Shown in pieces: positions 12,784 through 24,060 of a stretch of 64,000 nt of DNA. The notes under the pieces are model-generated. The model was not told where the DNA came from. It saw nothing but the letters and a program-made list of their open reading frames with translations, and searched no databases. Made by a program: the position numbers and the translations under genes. The DNA comes from Harriotta raleighana (taxonomy: Eukaryota). The stretch's first letter is position 1. Each line of letters begins with the position of its first letter. The stretch lies in NCBI GenBank assembly GCA_050575255.1, contig JBNZDD010013700.1:6127396-6191395 (forward strand), in the 5' to 3' direction.

Positions 12784-13560
12784 AACATCTCTTTCTAGCT
12801 GAAAATTAACAAGACGCATTGAACTGATCTCAGCAAGTTGGAATGATATTCAGCCTGAAACTTGAAATTAAACCTCATGGGAATGTCTTTCAAAACAGCT
12901 TGAGTAAATAATTTGTTTAATTCGGTATATATTGTTTTAATATTGTTTTAATATTGTTCACAGAGTGCAGTTAATAGGGATTTATACTGTAGGTTTCTTG
13001 TATGTCAAACAATTGGATGTGACTTACTGGTTTCTTTCACTTCATGAAAATATACTGTGAGGAAGTGCAATACATTAAGGAGTTGTTTTTTGTTCATTTG
13101 AGACATCAATTCAATGTCAGTTCACCCTAAATGCACAATATTAAATCTGTTCAAATATTTTTCAATGTCCAAAGTAAAATGGGTTTCAGCAGTCCTGAGA
13201 CATATTTAGTCATTCTTCATTCCTCATACTTCCATGACATACAGTACAAATGGTATGGATTTGTATTGGTGAGTGGCATTTCAAAGCAAGCCAAATTGTC
13301 AACTTGAATAGATATGAATCATACATCACTTTAAATTAATTCATCAAAACTTTCTGACTCTGGATATATTCAGTTAGCATGTACCCACCTTCCAACTGCA
13401 ACTCTAAATAGGAATACAATGTTCTCCTGATGATCGAGTAAGAAACATTCAATGGAAAACAGTAGACTCCTAATAACTTGACCAGGGCTTAACTTGTCAC
13501 TACCACTTAAATCATCATGCTGCCAATATCTCAGCCACATTTATTTACCATTCATAAATA

Positions 13561-14000
13561 AGTCCTGTTGCTCAGTGGTTAGAGAACTCGCCTTACAAGC
13601 GTGATACCTGTGTTCGAATCCAGGCAGGGCGAATCCTTGGGCAAGATTTCTTACTCCGCACTCCTGCAACAACAACAAAACTACATTTTTAGAGTTCCTT
13701 AACATTGGGAGTACGTCCCAAAGACTAATAATAATCCCTCAAAAAAAAATTTAGTCATTTATCCACGACTGTTTGTGTGACACTGCTGTGCGAAATTGGC
13801 TGCTGAGTTTCACCCACAATATACAGTCAATTCACTTTACAGTATAATCTGTGAAGTGCTTTGAGACGTCTAGAAGAGGTGAAAAGTGCTCTATCAAATG
13901 CAAGGATTATTATATGTCTAACTCGCCACTTCTGAATACTTGCTACTGAATACTTNGTGAAAAGTGCTCTATCAAATGCAAGGATTATTATTATTATTAT
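13561..14000 (+). mobile_element. Full-length tRNA-SINE with nested short L2 tail (13667-13724) and N-gap duplicated tail
   Basis: A box GCTCAGTGG, B box GTTCGAATCC; tail present twice around the N at 13956. Confidence 0.9.
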
Positions 14001-14439
14001 ATGTCTAACTCGCCACTTCTGAATACTTGCTACTGAATACTTTCCCTTTACCAACAAGATAACAGGAGTTTACTGTAGTACAACCAACAATTTATATTTG
14101 TATAGCTCCGAATGTGGATAACTTTTTAAAATGTTCACAACTAACTGGGAGTCATAACTGGGGGAGAACTGAGAAAGTGTTGAGATAAGTAACCGAGAAT
14201 ACAGTGGGAGGTATTACCAATGGTGAGTAGAGTGGGTAGAAGATGTGAAGCAGCCTTGTATTTGACTAATGGAAAGAACAGCCAGCAAAGTAGGGTCGGA
14301 GGTGGTTGCAAAAGTAATGTAGAAATTACTCTGTCAGTGAAGTGCCCAAGAGAGAGGATATAAGAGAAAATATATAAAATATTCCGACATGTTTCCTAAT
14401 AGAGTTGATGTGTTAGCTATCTACTCTAATGCTTTCAAA

Positions 14440-14980
14440 AATGCAAAATCTAAAACAAAAACAGAAATCACTGGGAACACTCAGCAGGTCAGGCAGCATC
14501 TATGGAGAAAGGAAAAGTAAGTCAACATTTTGGGTCCATGGCCCTTCGTCAGAACTGGGGCATATTGGAGGGAGAGGCTTTTAAGGATTAACAGGGAGGG
14601 ATAAGCAGGGCAAGGAACACAAAGGAGAAAATGGGGTAAAGGGTAGGAGATGATGGTCTTAATGAGGTGTTGATGTTGGGAAACAAAAGGGGGAATTGCA
14701 ATAAAACTTGAAAGGAGAGGTGTTAATAACATTGAAACAAAGAGGGGGTAAAATTGCCACAGAACAGGCAGATCAGATGGTTGCAGAAATGGTGGAAAGT
14801 GAGCTTTTATGTTTTGAAATTATTGAAATCAATATTAAGACCAGAGGGTTGAAAGGTCCCTTGCAGATGGATAAGGTGCTGTTCCTCGAGCTTGTGCTGC
14901 ACTTCATTGAAACAACGTAGGAGACAATGGATTCTCCTTCACGTCAGACTGTGAGTGGGAAGGAGAATTGAAGTGGCAAC
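14440..14980 (-). mobile_element. Penelope-like element fragment with a decayed hammerhead motif
   Basis: Minus strand CCAGTTCTGACGAAGGGCCATGGACCCAAAATGTTGAC...ATAGATGCTGCCTGACCTGCTGAGTGTTCCCAG matches the common chondrichthyan Penelope-type terminal repeat as recalled. Confidence 0.65.
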
Positions 14981-15303
14981 TCTAATGCTTTGCTCACTGA
15001 ACTGCCCACCTCCTTTTCAAACAAGCAGAACATCTGGAGCAGTGCAACATGAATCCTCTTCCACATCTGGAGCATGCCTCCAGACAAAGATGTGCAGCAA
15101 ACATGAAGAGATGAAGGAAAAGAACATGTTTTACAACACACAGCAATGTATCCAATTGATTATTACAAGTAAACAGGAGTATCCAAGAAGTAGAGAATTT
15201 TCGTGACTCCGAAACTCAAACTTGGCATCCAGTCTGGGAAAGGATAAAAGATGCCGATTCATTATGGAGTCAACGCTAAGGTTGCCGTAGCAGCCATCAG
15301 GTT

Positions 15304-16127
15304 TCCGGCAGGGTGAAACCTTGGCCAAGTTTCCTTCCTCCACATGCCTGATAATAATCCCTCAAGAAAAAAAAANGTCCGGCAGGGTGAAACCTTGGCC
15401 AAGTTCCCTTACTCCACATGCCTGATAATAATCCCTCAAGAAAAAAAAAAATTCGGTCACTCAATCTACAGCTGTTTGTGAAACACTGATAAGTGCAATT
15501 AGCTGCCTCATTTTACCCACAAATATATGGACAATTTACTTTACTGTACATTCTGTGAGGTGCTTTGCGATGTCTAGAAGACATCAAAAGCGCTATACAG
15601 TAAAACCTCGATAATCCAGCAAGGTTGGGCCCACTCACCTCCTGGATTTTGGAGTTTGCTGGTATTTCAAACCTACCTAGAATAGCTGTAGAAGCTCCAG
15701 TTCCAAAACCACATGTACAAGAAACACAGCACTGAAGTCAAACAATGAGAACAACAGAGTTATATTTAAAGAGCGCCTTTCATGTCGGGAGGGCTTCCCA
15801 AGTTGCTGAATGGGTCAGGATCTGAGCATGGGGCGGGGGTGGGAGGGCAGGGTTAGGGTGAGGGAGGACAGAGAGGTAGGAGGGCACCTGAAGACACAGT
15901 CAAAGAGGTGGGTCTTCATAGCGGACTTGATGAGGGGAAGGGAGGATGCCCGAGCTCCTCACAGCACCATGCATCGTACAAGCAGCTCTTCCAAATTTCG
16001 GGAAGTTTGTCGGACACTGGAAAGAATTTATACTGTATGCATTTTGAAATCTTGCCATTTTAGAGAGTTGCCGGCTTTTGGAATATCGGATTATCAAGGT
16101 TTTACTATCAAATATTATTATTATTAT
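15304..16127 (+). mobile_element. 5'-truncated tRNA-SINE interrupted by a Tigger-like MITE
   Basis: SINE body runs 15304-15597 (AAAAGCGCTATA) and resumes TCAAATATTATTATT at about 16108. Confidence 0.8.
15598..16106. mobile_element. Tc1/mariner (Tigger/pogo-type) non-autonomous element
   Basis: TIRs CAGTAAAACCTCGATAATCC / GGATTATCAAGGTTTTACT at a TA site. Carries an L2 3' end at about 15740-15950. Confidence 0.8.
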
Positions 16128-16162
16128 CAGATGAGTAGCTCCTACTCAGAGAAAAGAGGAGA

Positions 16163-16810
16163 ACAACAGCAGCAACTTGCATTTATGCAGCGCGCCTCAT
16201 GGAGGTAGCATCCAAGGGTGCTTGACAGTGGCGGAGCATGATGCTGAGCTTGGGGAAGGGGAGCTTAACAGTAGGTGTGATCAAAGAAGAAGGTCTTCAG
16301 GCATGGCTTGAAGATGAAGAAGAGAAGGGTAAGAGGGATNGTCCAAGGGTGCTTGACAGTGGCGGAGCATGATGCTGAGCTCGGGGAAGGGGAGCTTAAC
16401 AGTAGGTGTGATCAAAGAACAACAACAACAACAAAATTACATTTATAGAGCGTGTTTCACATCAGGAGGACGTCCCAAGGCGCTGGACAGATGATTTAAG
16501 GTCTTCAGGCATGGCTTGAAGATGAAGAAGAGAAGGGTAAGAGGGATATAGCGAAAGCGTTGCAAAGTTTTGGAAGGAAGGCAGTCCTGGTCAAGGACTG
16601 GATGTGGGGAAAGAAAGACAGCTGTGATTCGAACCCGACACCTAGATTACGCATTGGCTCAATGAGTTTCAGGGATAGGCTGTGGAAGTTGAGGAGGTGA
16701 GAGCCGCAGGACATTAGACGTTGACAAGAGCCAAGCAGTATGTCTGACAAGCCAACAGAACATCATCGCATCTGGAGTCGCAGCTGCAAGAGTAGATTTG
16801 TGTGTCTTCA
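16163..16810 (-). mobile_element. Old L2 fragment
   Basis: Tail CAACAGCAGCAACTTGCATTTATGCAGCGC; minus-strand MRNLGVGFESQLSFFPHIQSLTRTAF matches L2 VRNLGVxFDxxLSF..HI...RTAF. Confidence 0.8.
16420..16497 (-). mobile_element. 78-bp L2 3' tail insertion (presence/absence)
   Basis: (CAA)n-AATTACATTTATAGAGCGTGTTTCACATCAGGAGGACGTCCCAAGGCGCTG; absent from the duplicated flank 16211-16339. Confidence 0.9.
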
Positions 16811-18649
16811 AAAATTGTCCATCTCTGATGGGATATTTTGAAATGTTTCTCTAAACATTTGTATCGCCATATGAAAGAGAACAATGGTGTTGTCCGTCTT
16901 TACACAGAGGCTTTTAGGAAGTACAAGTACTGTATAATACAATCTTGTGTGAATTTATAATGTTTCTTTCACAGGGAAGCCAGGAATCAGGAGTAAGACC
17001 TTTCTGCTACCTTTCTGAATACTGACCATATGAGTCAGTAGAGGGGGAAACTAGAGAAATTTGGAACAATAATCAGAACATCTACAGTATGTGAAAATGT
17101 ACTAATGATAAATGTTTTAGTTACATGAAAAGTAAAATTCAGTACTTGTTGTGATAGGTACGATGCTAATAACCATAGCCTTAGAATTACACTGAATCTC
17201 TGAACTTTCTTATCCGGCTTCAATACAGACACAAATATCTATTACTGGTTAGGAATTGTTCCACTCGTGTCACCCCGCAACTCTATTAGTTGCAAGAACG
17301 TGCTCACACTGACAGATAGACACCAAACATCCTGCCTTTAAATGGTCTTATATAACTGGAGTTTGATGGAAGTTGACAATGTTGACCATCAGTTTTATCT
17401 GAAGTAACTCTCCTGGGCTTTTTCCTTTCTATTATATTGTTCCTAAGTATGTGTTAAGTGTGACTTAAATACCTCATGTTTGTCTGAAAAACAGTCGACA
17501 TACCACTGAAAGATCCTGTCATTCCAGTCCTCTGCTGACTATTCCTCTGCCAGATTAAAACCATGTCAATGCAAATGACATGTGGGTAGTGTTACGTTAG
17601 TCATCAGTGAGACTCTCAGATAACATGTCCAAAAGGCTATAGCCTAATTTTCTCAACTTGTCATTTCCGGTCAATTTCTTCTTTGGAAGAAAAATGACCA
17701 GGCGTGGAAATTGAAGCCCTGAAGATCTCATGCACTTTTCTGTGTTCATTACTCTGTACAAAACAGAATTTTCTTCAGAAGCTTCAAAGTTTCCATATAT
17801 TCTTTGAATCTTAAACTGAACATATTGTTTTAAGGAAGAAAAGCTGGAATGATCTTCAAGTTTTAATAAAAATCATTGAATGAAAGATATGTCCAAACTG
17901 AAAGGTTTCTAAATAGATTTATGTTATCTTGTCTCAAGCGAACAGCTTTATCACACTAACCCTGCGTATATGTTGTGCTAATTACACATATGCAACTCGG
18001 TATTTGTTTCACTTAATTTAGGAGTTGAATTTATTGTTCACCGGGATTTTATAATAAGAAACCTGAATCACACAAATAGGCACCTCTTCTAATACCAGAA
18101 ATCATCGCACTGACCCAAGGAAATTTTGCTTTGGAGTAAAGTTCCTGTGGATTGACGACACTTATTAAAAATTCCAGTAAATAAACACCACTTTGATAGG
18201 CTAGCTTTATACTGTATATCATTGTTCTTGTGATCCTAATGTATCAATCTTTAGGGATGTATGGGGTACATACAAGAGAACCTCAATAGACCTGGATGCA
18301 ATGTCTCATCAGCCACAATATAAGGTGCAAACAAATGCCTGACTTACAAACTGTTATCGATGACCATCACTTTCTGAAGTGATTTTCTGCACTAAGTAGC
18401 ACCAATTTCATTTCTTGACCATGTAGAAAGTGACAGCAGCAATGTTTTTTGCTTGTGCATGCAGTCAGAAACAAACAAATACAATCTGGAAAAAATTCTA
18501 CATAATCATATATAATTCTAAATAAAAGTTATATATAATACATATAACCATTGGTCCTACCATATATTGGTCAATAAAAATAGCAATCTTTAACTGCATA
18601 CTTACTGGGATTTTTTCTGTAAGATATTGTAGTGGTTTGATAGGATATG

Positions 18650-18786
18650 AGAATATGGCTTAGATGCTTAAAGGGGTATGGGGATAGGATGGAATAGTGG
18701 GATTGAAAGAACAACTTGCTCTGAAAGCCATTGCAGACTTGATGGGCCAAATGGCCTCCTTCTGAGCTGTCAATTTCTATGATTCT
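18650..18786 (+). mobile_element. CR1 3' end
   Basis: GACTTGATGGGCCAAATGGCCTCCTTCTGAGCTG..TTTCTATGATTCTA tail. Confidence 0.75.
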
Positions 18787-20347
18787 AACAACAACATTAT
18801 AATTTGTGATGAACAAAAATTCAACCCCAATGTGTAAAAAATGCTAAATTGAAAGATAATTACATCACAAATAGGTAACATTACGCTAAGGGCTCCTATC
18901 AACTTACGTGTAACAATTAATTATAAATATTATAGATAGATGATCAACATTAAAGCCCAAAATAATGTATATATTTGATATAACCACCAGGAGGACATAT
19001 TAACAGTACTGTACAGTACTGTACAGGATATTACCAATAACATGTTGTGAATGTATATACTCAATTATATTTTAAACATACACAGAAACTAAGTTTGGAG
19101 ACAAAAAGGCAATTGAAAGTGAAAACAATAATAGCTGAGCTTTTTCTAGTGACGGCAGTGGGGGGGTTATGTTGGTGAAGGGAAGTTGAGCAGGATAATG
19201 AATCAACAAAACATGAAGATGTGATACAGCAAATGGATTTCATTAATAACTGAAATAGGTTTTGGAATAAGATTGATTACTTAAAAGGCAAACAGCATCT
19301 TACTCAAATTTTGGGTTAAGAGGTTGGCTTTCAAAATGACAAGTATAATGCAATTCGGTTAACTGGGTGAAACACAGTAAAAGAGAAAGATGAGGAACAG
19401 AGGTTCATCTGAGTGGAAGTGACTGGGAGGATTGTCAGAAATAACATGACACTTGAATGGAATTTCTGGAAATGTCTTTTATGTTAATGCAAATTGGATT
19501 TAATACATTGTCATTTCTAACCATTCCCTAATTACGGACACAGAGTGGGGACTCTTCCCAATAGCTAGACTGCAGAGCACAAATGTCACTCATATTCAGG
19601 GGAAGATCACATCATGAATGTCACCCACCCCAGTCTATGAGAAGTAGATCAAGTTGTAGCGGAGTTCACAAGATTTGGCATCATGTACTTTTGTTTTTCG
19701 TAATTAAAGAATCTTATTGGAAATGGCTATATATGAGGTCCCAATAAACATTAAGGACAAATATTCTATCTGGAAACGTATGCAAAAATGAAAGCAGAAG
19801 CAACGTCACCAGATTATGTTTAGGTTGTTCAGTGTATTGTTATTTAATCTATAAAATGAAATGTAGATTCACTCAGTCCTTTAATGCAAACTTTACAAGT
19901 CAACCTCTTTCACACTCTCTTTCCCAAAATCCTTTTATACTTGCACCGTCCATAATCAATTGCCAATTATGTCATTAAAGCAAATGCACCATTCAGAATA
20001 AATAACATAGAAAGAGGGGTAATTTATTGTCCAGGGATCAACTGAGAGTACACAAGGAAGAAAGCCTTCCCCTGGAAGGAAACTACATTATCTGGATTAA
20101 TTTGGATGGAATACAAGGACAGCAAGAAAATTGTTCCGGCTAATTGTTGCAGACCATTAGATTAAAGTGAGCAAGTTGACATTAAACTGTGGAAAAATAA
20201 GGGAGGCTTCATTGAAATGTACAGTTGTGACAATTGACAATTTCATTTATTTGGTAATTGAATTATCCTGGAATTAAGTGGGATGGGAGAGATGGCGGAA
20301 AAGGATAAAAATATTCAAGTAGTGTGACATTATTGTGTTATGCCTGT

Positions 20348-20430
20348 GGGATGTTGTACCTGGGGGAGTGGGGGAGTTGTGCCTAGGGGGTGATGTTGTA
20401 CCTGGGGGGCGTTGTGCCTAGGAGGGGTGA
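20348..20430 (+). repeat. G-rich minisatellite (about 4 units of GTTGTRCCTRGGGGG)
   Basis: Units read directly; six G-runs of 3 or more. Confidence 0.8.
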
Positions 20431-20582
20431 AACAACACGGAAGCTTTGGAACTCCCTCCATAACTTTTTTGTCTCTCCTCCTTTCCCATCACCTGTCTTG
20501 GCCCCTCCTTTCCCATCATCTGCATTTCATCCCATCCTTTCCAATCATGTGCATCGCGCCCCTCCATTCCTATTTATCTGCA

Positions 20583-20769
20583 TCCCTCAAAAAAAATGAT
20601 AAATTGGTCATTTCAATTTACGACTGTTTGTGGGACACTGCTGTGTGCAATTGGCTGCTGTATTTCACCCACAAATAGTCAATTTATTTCATAGTATATT
20701 GTGTGAAGTGCTTTGATACATCTAGAAGACATGAAAAGTGCTAAATCAAATGCAAGGATTATTATTATA
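20583..20769 (+). mobile_element. tRNA-SINE 3' half
   Basis: CCCTCAAAAAAA..AAATTGGTCATTTC...TCAAATGCAAGGATTATTATTA. Confidence 0.85.
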
Positions 20770-21310
20770 GTATTACATGGGAGCTGTAATTCGAATTGAG
20801 GGAAATGTCATGTTTTCGGGGAATAATTGTAAAGTGCATACTGTATAATTATAAAGTAATACTGCTGAGGAAACTAATAATAAAATCAAGGAATCAAGGC
20901 AACTGCTCTATAAGTAGAGGAGTAGAAAAGTAATTATGACAAATAGAACAATTCTACTTGTTTCAAGTAATTAGAAAAAGCTGTAGTTAACTAAAAAAAA
21001 GCTAGTTAACTATAAAATACTAATAATGTACACCTATCATATGAAAACAATTAATATCATAATAATCCTTAGATTTGACATAGAGTGCTTTGAGACAAGC
21101 TCCTGACCTGAAAGACACTATATTAATGTAAAGTGTATTCTATTATTGTAGAGTCTCATCACTTCAAAATACTGTAGTTCAAACCACTTCACAGTTTTCC
21201 CTGTGTACAAATACAGAGACTGTGTATTTGTAGGCAAACACAGCAGCCGATTTTTGCAGAGCAGTATCTATCAAACAGCCATGATTTTCTTTTTTTCTAC
21301 AGGATTGTTG

Positions 21311-21998
21311 ACTAGGACACCAGGAGAAACACCTTCTCTTTTCGAAAAGTGCCTTGGGATCTCAACTATCCGGAACAAGCAGGTTGGTTTTCGGTTTAAT
21401 ATCTCATCTGACAGACAGTATTTCCAACAATGTCATGCAGGGCATAGCCTAGACTATCAGCTCCAAGGACTGACATGAAGCTTGAAATCATCCAGCAAGG
21501 CTTTTTTTGTTCCTAAAAATATAAAGGATATTGCACAAAGACACAATTCTAAGGGCAATAATTCATAACAATATAAAAGTCAAAACAAACTAGGTTACAT
21601 TTTGGGGAGTTTGTACATGATCTATGTCCTATTAATGCACAAGTTTTCTGAGGATATCTAAGGTTTAATATTGACACAACAATTCTGTGGATAGACATTT
21701 TAGCCAGTTTTGTGACTGGTTTAAAGGAAAAGATGCCCAGTATTCACTATCAAAAGAAAATGTAGAAATGCACATAGCTTGATGCAGGAGGGTTTATTAA
21801 AACATTCATTTGGAACTAGTGAAAACTATCATTTCAAATGTTGGAAGTAAACTATATAACTAATCCATGTTAATCCCCTCAAACTCTATGTACTCAGATA
21901 GTAAGAAGCGAATATAGTATTTATTAAATACTCTAAGAAAAACAGATGCATTCTCTTTAATAATAATCCTTGCATTTGATATAGCGCTTTTCACATCT
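21311..21998 (+). repeat. Local duplication, copy 1 (paralog of about 31467-32637)
   Basis: Long colinear matches, e.g. GTTTGTACATGATCTATGTCCTATTAATGCACAAGTTTTCTGAGGA identical in both copies; shared flanking SINE junctions. Confidence 0.9.
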
Positions 21999-22358
21999 TC
22001 TGGATTTATTTTTATTTATTTTTTTATTTTATAAATAAATAAATCTTCTAGATGTCTCAAAGCCCTTCACAGAATATACTGTAAAGCGAATTGACTGTAT
22101 ATTTGTGAGCAAAACGCAGCAGCCAATTGAGCACGGCAGTGTCCCACAAACAGTTGTGGAATCAGTGACCACATTTTTTTTAGCAGGATTTTTATTCCTG
22201 GATAACTGATCCGCCAATCGACCAGATTACTACTTACTGCTAGGTAAACAGAGACATATGGATTAAGGAAACTTGCCCAACATTTCACCCTGGCGGGAAG
22301 CGAACTCAGGTCTCTTGCTTGAGAGGCAAGTGCTCTAACTACTGAGCCACAGGACTCC
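21958..22358 (-). mobile_element. Full-length long variant of the tRNA-SINE
   Basis: Head GGAGTCCTGTGGCTCAGTAGTTAGAGC; extra about 55-bp internal segment at about 22197-22251; (TAA)n tail. Confidence 0.9.
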
Positions 22359-23039
22359 ATAATCGCCAGGCTAGAATTTGTAGAACAATTTACACATCTG
22401 CAGTTTTATTTTCAGAGCCCCCACCAAAAATGCGAAAGATTCAGCATACAAATTAAAACAAGATATGTATCAACAACAAATGAACGTCTTGAATCATCGA
22501 ACAACATTTCTTTACTTAAATCAAAACCATAAACCAGGAAATAAATTCTACTTTATTACATGGTACAACTAAAAATATGTTGTTGTAAGTGGAACATTCC
22601 TGTGACAAATTGCCTGCAACGTTTGCTTACAATTCTACTCTCAATTCACTTTACAGTACATCCTGTATGAAGGGTATGAAGTGTTCCAATTAAGTAATAC
22701 ATTTCTACTTCAAGTGGAAGGATTATTATTATGATCATTATTATAAAGGAAAGCAAAGACTTCTACAAAAGTCTCTCAGTCCCCAAAGGGTTAATTTGCA
22801 AATTCTCTATAATTTTATCCAAATTACACAATTATTTTTTTACTAGTCAATATACCAGTATCATATCAATCAAACAATCAAAATTACATTTATATAGCGC
22901 CTTTCATGTCTGGGATGAACATGTATGGTATTTGGTATAGATATTTAATAAATATTTGAAATTGCTGTATTTGTATTAAGAAACTCTGTATCAAAGAATG
23001 AAATTCATTTCCACGAAGAACCAAAAGGCAAACTCGTTG

Positions 23040-24060
23040 CTGAAGGGGTTAACAGTGAAGGCACTCGGCTTGGTGACATTTTAGATCTGTTAACTGTTGG
23101 TAAATGGTTGATTTAAAGCCTGTCTCTAATGCTTAGGCCAGCCAGCATATGCAGTTAATTTCAACAGAGCGTCAGATAAGAAACCCAGTGACAAGACTGG
23201 CACTCAGGGCTAGCCTGGGGCAGTCAGCAGTGGTAGAATGCTTCACATATCCCCAAATGAAAAGTTCTTTCACCAACACAAAGCTAAATGGATCTGAACC
23301 TTGACAATTGTGGCCAACCGGCTATAAGTGATGTCCTGCTCAACATGTCATTATGCATCTCCATTTTTTTTTATTTCCAGAAGCGATTGAGCAAGCTTTG
23401 ACATTCAAATACCAGTGTATTATTTGACAGATGATTTACTACTAAGACCTGATGAATAGGTCCAGTAATAAATGCTCCTAAAATGCTTGAATGGGCAAAA
23501 TTTCAAAATGGAATTAGAAAAAGAGACAGAAAACCCTCTGTTCCAGTGCCTTCAAATCTATGTTTCATCTTTTCAGTTAGGTCTGTGAGGACCCATTGTT
23601 GCAGTGGCTTGTACATATCAATGTGTCTGTGTGGTTTACTCTGTCTTTGGCCTTTCCGTCTGACATGAACTAGCACATCAAAGCTTTGCGAAAATCTTTT
23701 TTTTTAAATGCTTCTAATTTAAGGACATTTGACTGATTTTTGCAGGGCTTCCTATTGTTTTGAGATAGGTTTAGCACAGTTTTCAAATAACCTGGGTGTA
23801 CTTGGGAATTAAGGTTCAATTATGTGGAGATACGAGTATTGGTCCTCATTATTTCATCAACAGCTGAGCTGGCTTCAAGGTGACGTGCTTGGCAAAGGAA
23901 TGTCGGAATCGAGTCAATCCCCGATGGTGGTCTCATTAGTTTGATTTCATAGACAGGAAGGTCCACGGGACTCTAAGGCATTGCTTATGACAGACCGACC
24001 AGCCGGGCTCATCAGCAGCACTCGGAGGGCCTGATTTTGTGAAGTGCCAAATTGATGTAG
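23040..24060. promoter_or_regulatory. Candidate conserved non-coding/enhancer block
   Basis: No recognisable repeat or coding ORF; retained CpGs; TCF/LEF ACATCAAAG (about 23675), CAGCTG, TGACGT, GGAATG, CAGGAAG, AGATAAG motifs. Conservation not tested. Confidence 0.35.

Noticed and set aside
13827-14057. ORFs with internally repeated peptides (also 39195-39527)
   Set aside because: Created by duplicated flanks around single-N joins.
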